Source: a virus. Taken from it: a stretch of DNA of 64,000 bases. The notes beneath the pieces are model-generated. The model worked only from the letters and a program-made list of their open reading frames with translations. It ran no database searches and was not told where the DNA came from. Of this stretch, positions 38,108-48,083 are shown piece by piece. The position numbers and the translations under genes are program-made. The DNA lies in IMG/VR virus record IMGVR_UViG_3300046535_001869, positions 1 through 64,000 of that record; one strand, written 5' to 3'. Every line of letters starts with the position of its first letter. Position 1 is the stretch's first letter.

Positions 38108-38481
38108 GTTGTATCCCTCTCGCTGCGCTTCGGCTCGGTCGTCTCGCCGAGAATGTACTCGACGTCGATCACCAAGCCGTCGGTTAGCATGCTGTCGAAG
38201 AACCAATGTCCGCCGTGCTTGTTTACCTGCTCCTGTAGCCAGTAGTGCGCGTTCTGGTGCGTCCGGTCGTTCCAGTCGTACACGTCGGAGTGCGCCTTTT
38301 GGTCGGCCATACGCATTAGGATGACAATCGCCAGGCCGCCGCTAGGTGTCTCGACGCGGGTCGGGTACCCCGTTCGCCGCATATAGTATCGCTGCGCCTC
38401 GTTCTCGTCCTCGACGAGGATCGCCAGCGCCGGGACGAACGTGTTGCGGTCGCGGATCTCGACTATCCGGGTGATCATCAC
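38104..38481 (-). CDS. Conserved phage hypothetical protein
   Basis: EIRDRNTFVPALAI..VIDVEYILGE. Confidence 0.55.
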   Translation of the reverse strand: MMITRIVEIRDRNTFVPALAILVEDENEAQRYYMRRTGYPTRVETPSGGLAIVILMRMADQKAHSDVYDWNDRTHQNAHYWLQEQVNKHGGHWFFDSMLTDGLVIDVEYILGETTEPKRSERDTT

Positions 38482-39515
38482 TCGGCCTCGTTCACGAAGC
38501 GAACCAACCCGTCTAGTAGCGCGCCACGATCATCGTCCGAGACGCAGTCGTGCGCGCAGAGGATCTGACGCCCAAGGTTGTCTTGTATGTCGAACTCGTT
38601 GGCGATCCAGGGGCGCGGGAATCGATCGAATAGGGACGGCTCGACCGGCTGCGGCGCGGCGTAGGCCGCATAGTAGCGTTGAGCCGGCTCTGGCGCGTGG
38701 TTGCCGCGCCGTGCCATCACCGTGCGGAACGTGTCGGACGGGCTCCCGGCGTAGGAGAAGTCGAGGTCGTGCTCCCAGGCCGTCTCTGGAGAGGAGAGGA
38801 CCAGGTCGACCAGCCCCTCGTCATCGGACCGGGTGACGAACTCGGCGACGGCGGAGCGGATCAGGAACTCGTACTTCAGTGTCCGGTCCTCGGTCAGTTC
38901 GTGCTCGGTCTGGAGGTTCCACGTCACCTGCGCCGGCTTGCGCAGGTCGTAGGCGCGCATCCCGCGGTAGTAGACGTGCCGGCTCTCTCGCCGGGAGTAG
39001 TTGACCCGCGCGTCGCCGTCGTCCAGCTCGCTAAGGAAGATCTCGCCGCGCTGCTCGTGCGCCTCCAGCATCGCCGGGTGGTCCGTGGCGATTAGCGTAT
39101 GGTCGGCGATACCCTCGACCGGGTCCTCGGTCAGGTACGTCTCGCCGCGCTCGTCGCGCGTATTGGCCTCCAGCTCGCGGTACGCCTGCCACGCCTCCCA
39201 GGTCGCGCCGAGCTGGGTGGTGAACGGTAGCTCGTCGCTCTGGTTCGGCGCGAACTCGAAGCGTCGGTGGCGCATCTCGATCATGTCGAACGCCCCGCCG
39301 CGGAATTCAACCGGCCGCAGGTGGAACGAGCATGTTGCGTGGTGCCGATGGAGCACCGGCTCGGCGCCCAGACGGACCATCACGGCCAGCGCATACTTCA
39401 GCCCAGTGCCGAACATGCCGATCGGAGACGTCGAATTCGGCTTGGCCGACATCCCGAAGGTGGTCAGCGCGCGCAGGTCAAGCACGCCGGGCGTCTTGAA
39501 TACCAGGGTGGTCAT
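38478..39515 (-). CDS. GHKL (HATPase_c)-family ATPase, rIIA/MORC-like
   Basis: FGMSAK..IGMFGTGLKYA and RELEANTRDE motifs. Confidence 0.65.
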   Translation of the reverse strand: MTTLVFKTPGVLDLRALTTFGMSAKPNSTSPIGMFGTGLKYALAVMVRLGAEPVLHRHHATCSFHLRPVEFRGGAFDMIEMRHRRFEFAPNQSDELPFTTQLGATWEAWQAYRELEANTRDERGETYLTEDPVEGIADHTLIATDHPAMLEAHEQRGEIFLSELDDGDARVNYSRRESRHVYYRGMRAYDLRKPAQVTWNLQTEHELTEDRTLKYEFLIRSAVAEFVTRSDDEGLVDLVLSSPETAWEHDLDFSYAGSPSDTFRTVMARRGNHAPEPAQRYYAAYAAPQPVEPSLFDRFPRPWIANEFDIQDNLGRQILCAHDCVSDDDRGALLDGLVRFVNEAE

Positions 39516-39814
39516 AACGTAATCCTCAATACCTTAGACGACGCCGCAGCGACCAGGACGATCACCGCGATCGTCGCTACGAACATCATCGAGGCGGTCA
39601 TCCAGCCGCGCCACAGTCGCGGGCGCGGTCGAGCCTCCTCGCGCCAGGAGCACGGCAACCCGGACAGGGCCGCGGTCATGTGGAGCGCGACGCGTCCCGG
39701 GACCCAGGCGACGGGGCGGCCGATGCGACCACGAGGGGATCGACCGATCCGGTACAGCCTGGGGCCGACGAGGATGTAACGCCGCGAGTCGACGCGCTCG
39801 GGGAAGGGGATCAT
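39512..39814 (-). CDS. Hypothetical membrane protein
   Basis: C-terminal TM segment; coupled. Confidence 0.4.
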   Translation of the reverse strand: MIPFPERVDSRRYILVGPRLYRIGRSPRGRIGRPVAWVPGRVALHMTAALSGLPCSWREEARPRPRLWRGWMTASMMFVATIAVIVLVAAASSKVLRITL

Positions 39815-40863
39815 ATGTGATAATCCACGACGGTGACCCACTGGTCGGGACGGATGGTCGCGAGGATAGCGTCGAGCTGAGCCGGCCAGTCGCCCTTCTC
39901 GTCGGCAACCGACCCCCACCACCCGAGCTGCCCGCGCTCGGCCCATCGTCCGTCTTTGACGACGGCGAAGGCCGATAGTCCGGCCGCCGTCGCGACGTGG
40001 GCCTCGCGCGTATACGCGCCGCTGATCGAGTAGTCGCCGAACATGTCGTTGGCATGGCCGACGAGCTTGCGCAATCGGGTGGCCTCAGGGTCGGCCTCGA
40101 TGCGCTGGTACAGGGCCTGCCCGGATCTCGTATCAGCGCGAAGGGCCGCTAGTAGGTCATCGTAGTTGCGCAGTACCGATCCGAACGAGACGTCGTCGGT
40201 CGCCTTCTCCCTGTATTTCGCCTCCGCGCCGTCCCACTCCTCGGCCTTCTTCCGGCGCTCCTCGGCCAGCATCCCCTCCAGGTCGAGATCGCCCCAGCGG
40301 ATCTGGTCGTACCCGTCGCGACCGTGACCGTGGTCTGGCCCCCACTTACCTCCGGTACGCGAGTCCTCGTTGCGGTAGGCCGGAACCAGGTTGCGCGGCA
40401 TCAGGCGACCGCCGTAGCGCCCGCCGATTTGCCACCAGTCCCACTTCCGGTTGGGGTTGGTACGACGGCCGAACCGCCCGGGCTGGTCAGGAATCGCCGC
40501 GTAGCCCTCGCGGTCCGCCGCCTCGAACAGGTTCTCTCCGGCTGCGGCGCGGGTCATCTGGACCTCGACAGCGCCCGGGGGAACCGGGAGCGTCTCGTAC
40601 GACCGGTAGTTGTTGGCCTTCGTTGGCTCGACCTCCCTGTAGAACCGATCGTCGTAGGCGTCGACCAGTTCACCGTCGTGGAGACGAACGTACGCGCGCT
40701 CGGTCTCGTTGAACTCCTTGGTGAACTCGTCGGTATGGTCGACCCATTCCAGGTACCGCTCGATCCCGGTGCACTCGTACTCGTGCCACGGCAGGAGGAT
40801 CTCCTGGAGCTTCGCCTCACTCGGGCGGGTGTCGGTGATGACTAGAACGCTCGCGTGGCTCAT
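39811..40863 (-). CDS. Conserved phage hypothetical protein
   Basis: MSHASVLVI..NPNRKWDWWQIGGRY..G.W.ERG..GWW..VVDYHI. Confidence 0.65.
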   Translation of the reverse strand: MSHASVLVITDTRPSEAKLQEILLPWHEYECTGIERYLEWVDHTDEFTKEFNETERAYVRLHDGELVDAYDDRFYREVEPTKANNYRSYETLPVPPGAVEVQMTRAAAGENLFEAADREGYAAIPDQPGRFGRRTNPNRKWDWWQIGGRYGGRLMPRNLVPAYRNEDSRTGGKWGPDHGHGRDGYDQIRWGDLDLEGMLAEERRKKAEEWDGAEAKYREKATDDVSFGSVLRNYDDLLAALRADTRSGQALYQRIEADPEATRLRKLVGHANDMFGDYSISGAYTREAHVATAAGLSAFAVVKDGRWAERGQLGWWGSVADEKGDWPAQLDAILATIRPDQWVTVVDYHI

Positions 40864-41120
40864 GACTCTTTCTCCCCGTTCAATCCTAACGCCCTCAGTT
40901 CGAGGTCGCTCAACTTGGCCCTGGCGCTCTTCCGCAGCTGCTCGTCGATCGTCGCATTCATCGCGCGGAGCACCGGCTCGCTGAACGGCTGGACGTCGAC
41001 GTTCAGCCGGCAGCGCTGCCACTCGTAGGCGGGGTACTCCTTCGCGGCCGACGTCTCCATGAAGTAGACGTAGTCGCTGATCTGCTGGCACGAGTTCGCG
41101 AGCAGCGGGTCGTCTACCAT
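40860..41120 (-). CDS. Hypothetical protein
   Basis: Coupled ORF. Confidence 0.45.
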   Translation of the reverse strand: MVDDPLLANSCQQISDYVYFMETSAAKEYPAYEWQRCRLNVDVQPFSEPVLRAMNATIDEQLRKSARAKLSDLELRALGLNGEKES

Positions 41121-41555
41121 ACCGCCCTTCTCGATAAAGTTGTGGTAACACCATTCGCGCCCCCGGACCGGCGAGTGGTGCGGTGCGCGTAGATGATCCG
41201 AGCGAAAGTTTCATCGCCGACGTTCCGATCCAGTGCATCCTGCGCTATCGCTGCGGCCTCGCGACAGCGGTAGTCGCCCGACGCGAGATCCGGGCCGTTG
41301 TTGAGGTTCTCGATCGACCGCAGCGCTGCCTCGTAGGCGTCGAGCTTGTTCACAGCGTCACTCCCCATCTCTTGGCTAGCGCCCGGAGGTGCTCGACGAT
41401 GTCATCGCAGGCCTGCGCCCCTCCGGCGGTCGTCTCCTCGTGGTCCTTGTAGCGCAGCACCACCAGCGCCGCCTGGGTCAGGACTCGGTCAGCGGTCTCG
41501 TGGGAGAATAATATCCACGAGTCTGGCCCAAGATCGCGGCTCAGGTCGGGCACGG

Positions 41556-41867
41556 TTACCTCCACTTGACGAACTTGCGTTCGAATCCTAGCGCGTGGGC
41601 CACCCACGTCACGGTCAGGTTCTGTGGCCGGCGCGTCTTACCGCTCAGCCAGTTGGCAATCGTCGAGTAACCCAGGTGGACCGTGTTGTGCGACGCGTCG
41701 AGCACGTCCTCGATGATGTCGCCGATCGACTTGCCCGAGTCGGTGATCATCCGGGTGATCTCGTCGAGCACCGGGTCACGGTCGACGAACCTATACCCGC
41801 GGTCGCGCTTCAGGTGACCCAGGTTACGGGCCTTTGGGCGAAGTTCCTGTACGTTTGATCTAGTCAT
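41556..41867 (-). CDS. XRE-like HTH protein
   Basis: GYSTIANWLSGKTRRPQNLTV..VAHALG. Confidence 0.65.
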   Translation of the reverse strand: MTRSNVQELRPKARNLGHLKRDRGYRFVDRDPVLDEITRMITDSGKSIGDIIEDVLDASHNTVHLGYSTIANWLSGKTRRPQNLTVTWVAHALGFERKFVKWR

Positions 41868-41883
41868 CGTCTGTTTTCCCTGT

Positions 41884-42225
41884 CTATCTGTTGTACTTCT
41901 TGGCCAACCCCGGGCTACCGTAGACGCCGCCTTCCAGGAGCGGGAAGAAGGCGTGCGGGTTGGCCAGATCGCGCTGGTACTGCGCGTTGAGGAAGTCCTG
42001 ACCGTCGCCGTAGTCGTCCAAGTCCTCGATCGCGCGGCGTGGACGCCGATCCGCGATTGGTCCGCGCCCGTATTCGTCGAGCGTTCTTGCTAGCGTCGAC
42101 GTCCTCTCGGATATTCGGCGTCGTTTTCGCAGGATCATTCGCAACGTGTTGCGAACATGCTCTTCGGTCATCTCGCCGACGGCGATGCGGCGCCCGTCGC
42201 GGGTCGTCCAGTACTCGTCGTCCAT
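41884..42225 (-). CDS. Hypothetical protein
   Basis: WTTRDGRRIAVGEMTEEHVRN.LRM, a motif common in phages. Confidence 0.55.
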   Translation of the reverse strand: MDDEYWTTRDGRRIAVGEMTEEHVRNTLRMILRKRRRISERTSTLARTLDEYGRGPIADRRPRRAIEDLDDYGDGQDFLNAQYQRDLANPHAFFPLLEGGVYGSPGLAKKYNR

Positions 42226-42527
42226 CTCAGCACCCTAGCGTGGCGAACAGCGTCTCGACGTTGCCGTCCCACGGACGCGCGACGCACCCCGGGTCGTGAC
42301 TCGCAGCAGCCAGGAATAGGCCCAGTGCGAAGGCGAAGGCGACCGCAGCGGGGACCACCATCGAGCACAGGGACGGGAACGCGCGGCCGAACGCTTCGAC
42401 CTCGCCGAGAGGGTCGGTGTAGCGCAGCGCCGCACGCTCCGCCGCCTCGATCCGGACGAACGACGGGTGCGCGTCCTCGGCGTTCTCGGCGCGCAGTGCC
42501 TCGATCCGGCGGAGCTTGGATTGGAGG

Positions 42528-42791
42528 TTAGGTGCCATGGTTGTCCGGATCCTCTTCCTTGCACCACTCGGCGATGCCGCGACTGGTATCGGAGAACGAG
42601 TGGTGGTGCGGCGGGCTGTAAGTGACAAGATTGACGATCCGTCGGAACTCCTCGTTGAGGGTAGCCGACCGGACGTCCTGGATGACGCAAGTGATCAGGG
42701 TCTCGTTCATCCCGGCGCGGCGCATCGTCCAGATCGCGTTGCGGCAGTTTAGGAGGAAGCTCTGGTCTGGGTAGGGCGGAGGCTCGGTCAT
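42528..42791 (-). CDS. Hypothetical protein (paralog of 46729-46956)
   Basis: CRNAI..MR..GMNET.I..V...RSA.L..EF. Confidence 0.55.
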   Translation of the reverse strand: MTEPPPYPDQSFLLNCRNAIWTMRRAGMNETLITCVIQDVRSATLNEEFRRIVNLVTYSPPHHHSFSDTSRGIAEWCKEEDPDNHGT

Positions 42792-42979
42792 TTCTCCCTC
42801 CCAAGAATCTCCGATATGGAAGATCCGCAGTAGGGACAAAAGTAGATCGGCACGGTATACTCGCCGTCGTTCAAGTCCAAGACCATCTGCGGTGGTTCGC
42901 CACCAACCGACGGATGAACCCTGATCGGCGGGTGGTAAAACGGAGCCGACGAACAATTATGAGCGATCGGATCGGTCAA
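42788..42979 (-). CDS. Small Zn-binding hypothetical protein
   Basis: Directly behind a promoter-SD cassette; IYFCPYCG. Confidence 0.55.
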   Translation of the reverse strand: MTDPIAHNCSSAPFYHPPIRVHPSVGGEPPQMVLDLNDGEYTVPIYFCPYCGSSISEILGREK

Positions 42980-43045
42980 TGAGATCTCTCCTCGGTTGGT
43001 ATGACCAGTTATACGCGCGATCCTGCGAAAAGTAAACTACTAATT
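42977..43045 (-). promoter_or_regulatory. Repeated promoter-SD cassette (TTTACT-N17-TATAAC)
   Basis: -35 at 43031-43036, -10 at 43008-43013, ACCAACCGAGGAGAGATCTC leader. Confidence 0.8.
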
Positions 43046-43270
43046 CTGGTCGCGCGCCTCGGCGATCGCCTCTGCGGCCTCGTCCAGGGTCCCGGCGATC
43101 AGGCGGTCGAGGCTATCCTGCCCGACCGGCGGCGGGCGCAGCTTGGCCCGCTTGCGCAGGCGGACGGCGTACCACGTCAGCGCCTCGCGCATAGGCCCGA
43201 GCATGTACGCCGGCAGGACCACGGTCACCGGGGTGTGGTCGCGGGTGTCGGTCACGGCAGTGGCATCCAT
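43040..43270 (-). CDS. Hypothetical protein
   Basis: ORF with SD. Confidence 0.45.
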   Translation of the reverse strand: MDATAVTDTRDHTPVTVVLPAYMLGPMREALTWYAVRLRKRAKLRPPPVGQDSLDRLIAGTLDEAAEAIAEARDQN

Positions 43271-43632
43271 AGCATCGGCTCCTCTCCATCATCGGTGAAG
43301 TCGTCGTTCGAGTGGGTAATCCAGCGGTTCGCCTTGTACGTCGTTCCCCAACGACCGACGTGGGCGCGCAGCGGCGTTGTGGTGTATCCGCTCGGCCCGG
43401 CAAGGAGGACGAAGGTCCCGTCGCGCGGCGCGGTCTCGATTGAGAGCCAGTTTGCGCGGTTCAGCGCATCGATGATCATCTGCGGCGAGTCGGGATCGCC
43501 GCGCGTCGTCCAGGCGATGATGGCCGGATCGGTCCCGGACATCGGATCTTCGTGGTCCTCGATAGCCCTGGCGTCGCGCCATGGCTCGATCCTTGGGTTT
43601 CGGTCTCCCAGGCGATATCTCAGGTTAGACAT
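43252..43632 (-). CDS. DUF551-like protein
   Basis: WLSIETAPRDGTFVLL..WMPLP. Confidence 0.6.
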   Translation of the reverse strand: MSNLRYRLGDRNPRIEPWRDARAIEDHEDPMSGTDPAIIAWTTRGDPDSPQMIIDALNRANWLSIETAPRDGTFVLLAGPSGYTTTPLRAHVGRWGTTYKANRWITHSNDDFTDDGEEPMLWMPLP

Positions 43633-44551
43633 TAACGAACCTCCTCGCGTTGAGCATCCGGTAGCCACGGACCAGCTCCTCGATCCCGCGGTCGAGGTCC
43701 TCAATAAGAGCAAATCCAGCTTGGTATAGTCGTTCTCCAGAGACCGCATAGTCGCGCTTGTCCGGGTCCTGGCGCAGCTCAGCCTCGTGATAGATGAAAC
43801 CTGGAACGTGGGTCGCAATGATCTCAACGAGCTGTCGCTTCGTAACGTTACCACCAACGACGTTGAACGCCCGACTGCCCATCGCTCCATAATTCTCCGC
43901 TGCATGGATAAACGCCCGCGCCACGTCACGCACATGAACCACCGACCGCCGGTGGTGGGCCTCGAATAGCGTCACCGAACCGTCGGTCACGGCACGGTGG
44001 ACGAAGTCGTTTACGAGCAGATCAATTCTCATCTTTGGCGACATCCCGAAGACGGTCGCGAGCCGCAGTGATACGCCACCGAGCTCGAGAACCCGCTCCT
44101 CGGCCTCGCACTTCGTCGTGCCATAGAGCGAGACCGGCCGTAGCGGGGTATCCTCGTCGCACGGCTTGTTGGACCCGGACGCGCCATACCCAGAGTTTGT
44201 GTTCGGATATATGATACGCTGGTCCTTCGACAGGATCTTGGTAAGCCCGAGGATCGCGCCCAGGTTGACGTCGCGCGCGGCCCATGGGTCGGCAGCGCAC
44301 GCCGACGCACCGACGATAGCTGCCAGAGGCACGACTACGTCGACCTTGGCAACTAGCTCCGCGACCAGACGCAGATCACGCACGTCGCCGCGGACCGGGG
44401 TGAAGATCGGGTACTGGCAGCAAGCGGCCAGGGACGGGCTGGCGGCGCTGAACCTGTCCAGGACGGTGACCGCGTGCCCCGCGCGGAGGAGCTCCGGGAC
44501 GAGGATGGAGCCGATGTAGCCAGCGCCTCCGGTGATCAGATAGCGGGTCAT
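43625..44551 (-). CDS. NAD-dependent epimerase/dehydratase (extended SDR)
   Basis: LITGGAGYIGS; YGTTK (YxxxK); RLATVFG. Confidence 0.9.
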   Translation of the reverse strand: MTRYLITGGAGYIGSILVPELLRAGHAVTVLDRFSAASPSLAACCQYPIFTPVRGDVRDLRLVAELVAKVDVVVPLAAIVGASACAADPWAARDVNLGAILGLTKILSKDQRIIYPNTNSGYGASGSNKPCDEDTPLRPVSLYGTTKCEAEERVLELGGVSLRLATVFGMSPKMRIDLLVNDFVHRAVTDGSVTLFEAHHRRSVVHVRDVARAFIHAAENYGAMGSRAFNVVGGNVTKRQLVEIIATHVPGFIYHEAELRQDPDKRDYAVSGERLYQAGFALIEDLDRGIEELVRGYRMLNARRFVNV

Positions 44552-44688
44552 TTAACAATCCTCCTTAGGGCAACGCCTATCGAAATAGCTAATGATATCA
44601 TAGCTAGTGGACAGAAATACAAAAAGCCATCACACCACCAAGGAAAATCCGGAAGACAACCATTCCATATCCAAATAATCCAATTCAT
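44548..44688 (-). CDS. AT-rich 46-aa membrane peptide
   Basis: MNWIIWIWNGCLPDFPWWCDGFLYFCPLAMISLAISIGVALRRIVK; ATGA overlaps. Confidence 0.4.
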   Translation of the reverse strand: MNWIIWIWNGCLPDFPWWCDGFLYFCPLAMISLAISIGVALRRIVK

Positions 44689-44990
44689 TTTACCATCTGC
44701 CTTAACCTCCGCGCGGCCTCTCGCGCCTGGCTCGGCGGGCCGTACTGCGACCCGCGCGACGACTGGTTCGGGACCGGCTCGCGCGGCTGGGCTAGCCTGG
44801 CGCTGCGCGCTCGGCGGAACGACGCGCGGTGCTCGTTGCCGGGTCGGGGTTCTTGGGTTTGGGTCATCTATACTCCCTCAGTATGGCCAAGTTTTCGTAC
44901 GATATATACTGCGCGCAATGAAAAATCCGAGCGCGTAACCGAGCGTCATGCCACAGAATATCCCAATCAACAGCGCTTCCTCAGGTCCGA

Positions 44991-45611
44991 TCATAATCTA
45001 AGCTCCCGCCGCGCCCGCTCCAGCTCGGCTGGCGTGCCGATGTCGACGAAGTAGCCATCGAGCCGCACGTCGGCGAACCCGGACGGGTGGCCTGTGATGA
45101 ACTCCTCCAGCGAGAGGGTCTCTGCATCGACGTCGTCGATCACCGAGCGGCGCAGCACGTAGAGGCCGGCGGGGGTACCGTCCCGAAGGCGTGCCACGAG
45201 ACCGGCGACTGGTCCCTTCGGACAACTAAGCCACCCGTTCTTTACCATGTTGAAAAGCGGGCGCGGATCCACGTCGAAGAACGTGTCCCCATTGGCTAGG
45301 ATGAACGTCTCATCGAGGCGATGGCGGGCGTACCATAGCGCGCCGCCGGTCCCGGCGTCCGGGACCGGCTCGATAGCGACGTAGATCGGGACGCCGAGGC
45401 GTCGGTCCGCCTCGCGAGCGTACTCCACTACCTTCATCGCCTCGAAGCCGGCGAGCAGGAGGAAGCGGTCGCACCCGTGGTCGCGCAGGTGGGCGATGAC
45501 GTGGTCGAGGAACGGTACCCCGCCGACCTCGAGCAGAGGCTTCGGGGTGGAGGCGGTCAGCGCACCGAGGCGGGTGCCCCGGCCACCGACGAGGATCGCG
45601 GCCTGGGTCAT
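44991..45611 (-). CDS. Sugar-phosphate nucleotidyltransferase (HddC-like)
   Basis: LVGGRGTRL..PKPL..GTGGAL..NGDTF..FVDIGTP. Confidence 0.85.
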   Translation of the reverse strand: MTQAAILVGGRGTRLGALTASTPKPLLEVGGVPFLDHVIAHLRDHGCDRFLLLAGFEAMKVVEYAREADRRLGVPIYVAIEPVPDAGTGGALWYARHRLDETFILANGDTFFDVDPRPLFNMVKNGWLSCPKGPVAGLVARLRDGTPAGLYVLRRSVIDDVDAETLSLEEFITGHPSGFADVRLDGYFVDIGTPAELERARRELRL

Positions 45612-45982
45612 CTCCCATACTCCCCGAACGGCCCGCGCGGCTCCTCGGGGTCTGGGTGCATGGTCAACTCGGCGAACACGTCGCGGTAGTCGACGTCGTC
45701 GAACTCCGCGGCGCGCGGGTCGTACTCGACGATGTTCGGGATGACGTTCCCGAACGGGAAGGGGTGGGTCTTAGTCCGGCGCATCATGGCTTCACCTGCG
45801 CCGCACGGATCTCATCCTTCAACTTACGCCAGCGTTTCGCCGCGCGCATATATCGCATCATCAGGTCATCTGGGACCTCTGCGTGATCGAACCCGCCGTA
45901 GCCGTCGTCGCTCTTGGACGCGACCGGCTCCATCTCGCCGTCTAGGTAGTCCCACTGTATCTTCATGAGGTTTCTCCTCGGG

Positions 45983-46327
45983 TTAATTCAGCTCTTGCGC
46001 TGATCCCAGAAATTCCGCCACCGTACGGCAACGGGACATGGAGGTAAAGTAATCTAGATGGCGTTCCATGCCATCTGGACCTGATCGGCTGACTCTAGCC
46101 ATTTCAATCTCGCCGTTGTCAGTGCGCGAGACCTCGGTACCGACGTATACTCCCAACCTTCTGTAGAAGTATTCTGCCTCGAGCGGAGTGCGCATACCTG
46201 CGGGAGCTGTTATAGTAAATTCGCAGGTTCGATTACCGTAACTTAACAGCACCCAGCTGCGGGCCTGGACGGTCGCGGTGGTTAAGACAAGAGCGGTCGC
46301 TGTAGCCGCAATGAGCTTGGTAAACAC
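45983..46327 (-). CDS. Secreted hypothetical protein
   Basis: MFTKLIAATATALVLTTATVQA; behind the repeated SD leader. Confidence 0.6.
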   Translation of the reverse strand: MFTKLIAATATALVLTTATVQARSWVLLSYGNRTCEFTITAPAGMRTPLEAEYFYRRLGVYVGTEVSRTDNGEIEMARVSRSGPDGMERHLDYFTSMSRCRTVAEFLGSAQELN

Positions 46328-46372
46328 TGAGGTCTCTCCTCGGGTTTGGGGTTCAGCTATCTCCTCTGGGGA

Positions 46373-46732
46373 TTAAGTTAAACGTTCTTTGGCTGCCGGA
46401 TCATCCGGCTCGTTGCTGTCGTCGTAGTTGTACGGGGACGGCTCGGCGTCGTGGTACCTGGCGAACACCACCCGGTCGATCGCCGGGGCGATCTCGCGCG
46501 CGGCGCGCTGGTCCCAGACGTAATGAGTAACGTCGGGCTCGCCGAAGACGCGGACCGCGTTCTCCCACTGCTGGGGATCGCGAAATCCGACGAAGTGCGT
46601 CGCGGGGCGGACGCCGTCCATCAGCAGATCGAGCAGCGTGGCGCCGGTAGACTTGCAGCAGCGCCGGGCGCAGGCGCCGGCCGTCGCGCAATCGCTGGCG
46701 TCTATGGGGCAGATCGGGCTAGGTTTAGTCAT
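46373..46732 (-). CDS. Hypothetical protein
   Basis: HFVGFR..AVRVFGEPD..H..WD.RA. Confidence 0.55.
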   Translation of the reverse strand: MTKPSPICPIDASDCATAGACARRCCKSTGATLLDLLMDGVRPATHFVGFRDPQQWENAVRVFGEPDVTHYVWDQRAAREIAPAIDRVVFARYHDAEPSPYNYDDSNEPDDPAAKERLT

Positions 46733-46956
46733 CCCTCGTACTTCCTAGCTATGTCCATCATCGCGCCGTGCGACAGGTGCGTCGGTGGATTCGTCCTCAC
46801 TAGCTCCTGGAGCCTGAAGAACTCCTGGCTGAGCGCGGCGGACCGGATCGTGGTCAGGACGACCGCGATCCGGGTCTCGTTCATGCCCTCCTCGCGCATC
46901 ATCTCGATCGCGGTCCGGCAGCGGGAGACGAAGATGGCGTCATCGGCGGTGATCAT
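46729..46956 (-). CDS. Hypothetical protein (paralog of 42528-42791)
   Basis: CRTAI.MMR..GMNETRI..V...RSAALSQEF. Confidence 0.55.
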   Translation of the reverse strand: MITADDAIFVSRCRTAIEMMREEGMNETRIAVVLTTIRSAALSQEFFRLQELVRTNPPTHLSHGAMMDIARKYEG

Positions 46957-46961
46957 AACGA

Positions 46962-47357
46962 CTACCCACGATCCTCGAGATAGCCGATCAGGTCCGCGCA
47001 GAGGCGGTTCCAGCCGCGCTCGGCGTCCTCGGCGGGGATGGTGATGTCGGCCCTCGGGTCGATCGCGAGGACCGCCTGGGCGACGCGCTTCAGCGACAGG
47101 CGTAGGATGGCGAGCTCGTGGGCCGAGGTGCGGCCTATCAACTCGGCCGTCTTACGGTCTTTCCCGGCCGCCCACGCGGCGTGGGCCAGCGGGGCGCGGT
47201 TATACGGGGTCGCGCGACCACCGTGGTGATAGCCGCGCCGGTAGGCCGAGGTCAGCCCGGTACCCGCGGGGTTATCCAGCTCGGGGATCTCGGTCTTCGC
47301 GATATAGACCGCGTAGACCTTCTCCTGGCCGGGATAGGCGAAGGTTCGATTATTCAT
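46962..47357 (-). CDS. Hypothetical protein
   Basis: ATG behind the GAGGAGAGACCTC leader. Confidence 0.55.
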   Translation of the reverse strand: MNNRTFAYPGQEKVYAVYIAKTEIPELDNPAGTGLTSAYRRGYHHGGRATPYNRAPLAHAAWAAGKDRKTAELIGRTSAHELAILRLSLKRVAQAVLAIDPRADITIPAEDAERGWNRLCADLIGYLEDRG

Positions 47358-47789
47358 GAGGTCTCTCCTCGTATGCGCTCCCAGAGCCGGCGCAGCGCGC
47401 GGATCCACCGCGGATAGCGCAGCTCGCTCAGATCGTGGCAGTATTGGCGCAGGTGCGCTTCCTTGACGCCCGCGACGTTGCGCTGGTGGGCCGCATCGAC
47501 CGCGCGCCACTCGGCCGGGGTCCTCGGGTAGGAGCCGCCGTTGAGCTTCGCGTAGTATTCGGCGCTCACGACCCGCGCTCCAGCTCGGCGAGCATCTCGA
47601 CGACGCGGTCGAGGACCACGTGGTACGGCGCGTCGATCACGACGCGATGGACCTGGGTCCCGGCGACGAAGCGCCGGCCCTCGTAGTGGGCCGCGGTGCG
47701 AACCGCGACGGCGATCCCGATCGGGGTGTCGCTCACGGTCGCGCGGTAGGCGGCGCTCGGGGAGAGGACGGTGGTCATCGCCTGATCCC

Positions 47790-48008
47790 CTAATAGAAAC
47801 TATTGTAGATCGTCTTACAGCCGCCGCGTGGGCCGACAAAGACGCACTCATGATATTCGACCTTGAAGCCGGGTTGGCTGTAGGTACGGGTCACACTCAG
47901 CGTATCTGTACCGCCAACCCGGTCCACCTCGTAACTGCGAAGCTCGTAGTTACCACCGTACGGTACGAGCCTGAGGTTATGTACGATTTCGATTTGACGG
48001 TCGGTCAT
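47790..48008 (-). CDS. Hypothetical protein
   Basis: ATG at the end of the repeated cassette; FVGPRGG. Confidence 0.55.
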   Translation of the reverse strand: MTDRQIEIVHNLRLVPYGGNYELRSYEVDRVGGTDTLSVTRTYSQPGFKVEYHECVFVGPRGGCKTIYNSFY

Positions 48009-48077
48009 GAGGTATCTCCTCGGTTGGTAGGGGTAGTATCGCGCCATTGCAGCGAAAAGTAAACCCCTATTTTGCCC
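48006..48077 (-). promoter_or_regulatory. Repeated promoter-SD cassette, copy 2
   Basis: -35 at 48058-48063, -10 at 48035-48040; near-identical to 34965-35036. Confidence 0.8.
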
Positions 48078-48083
48078 GAATTT

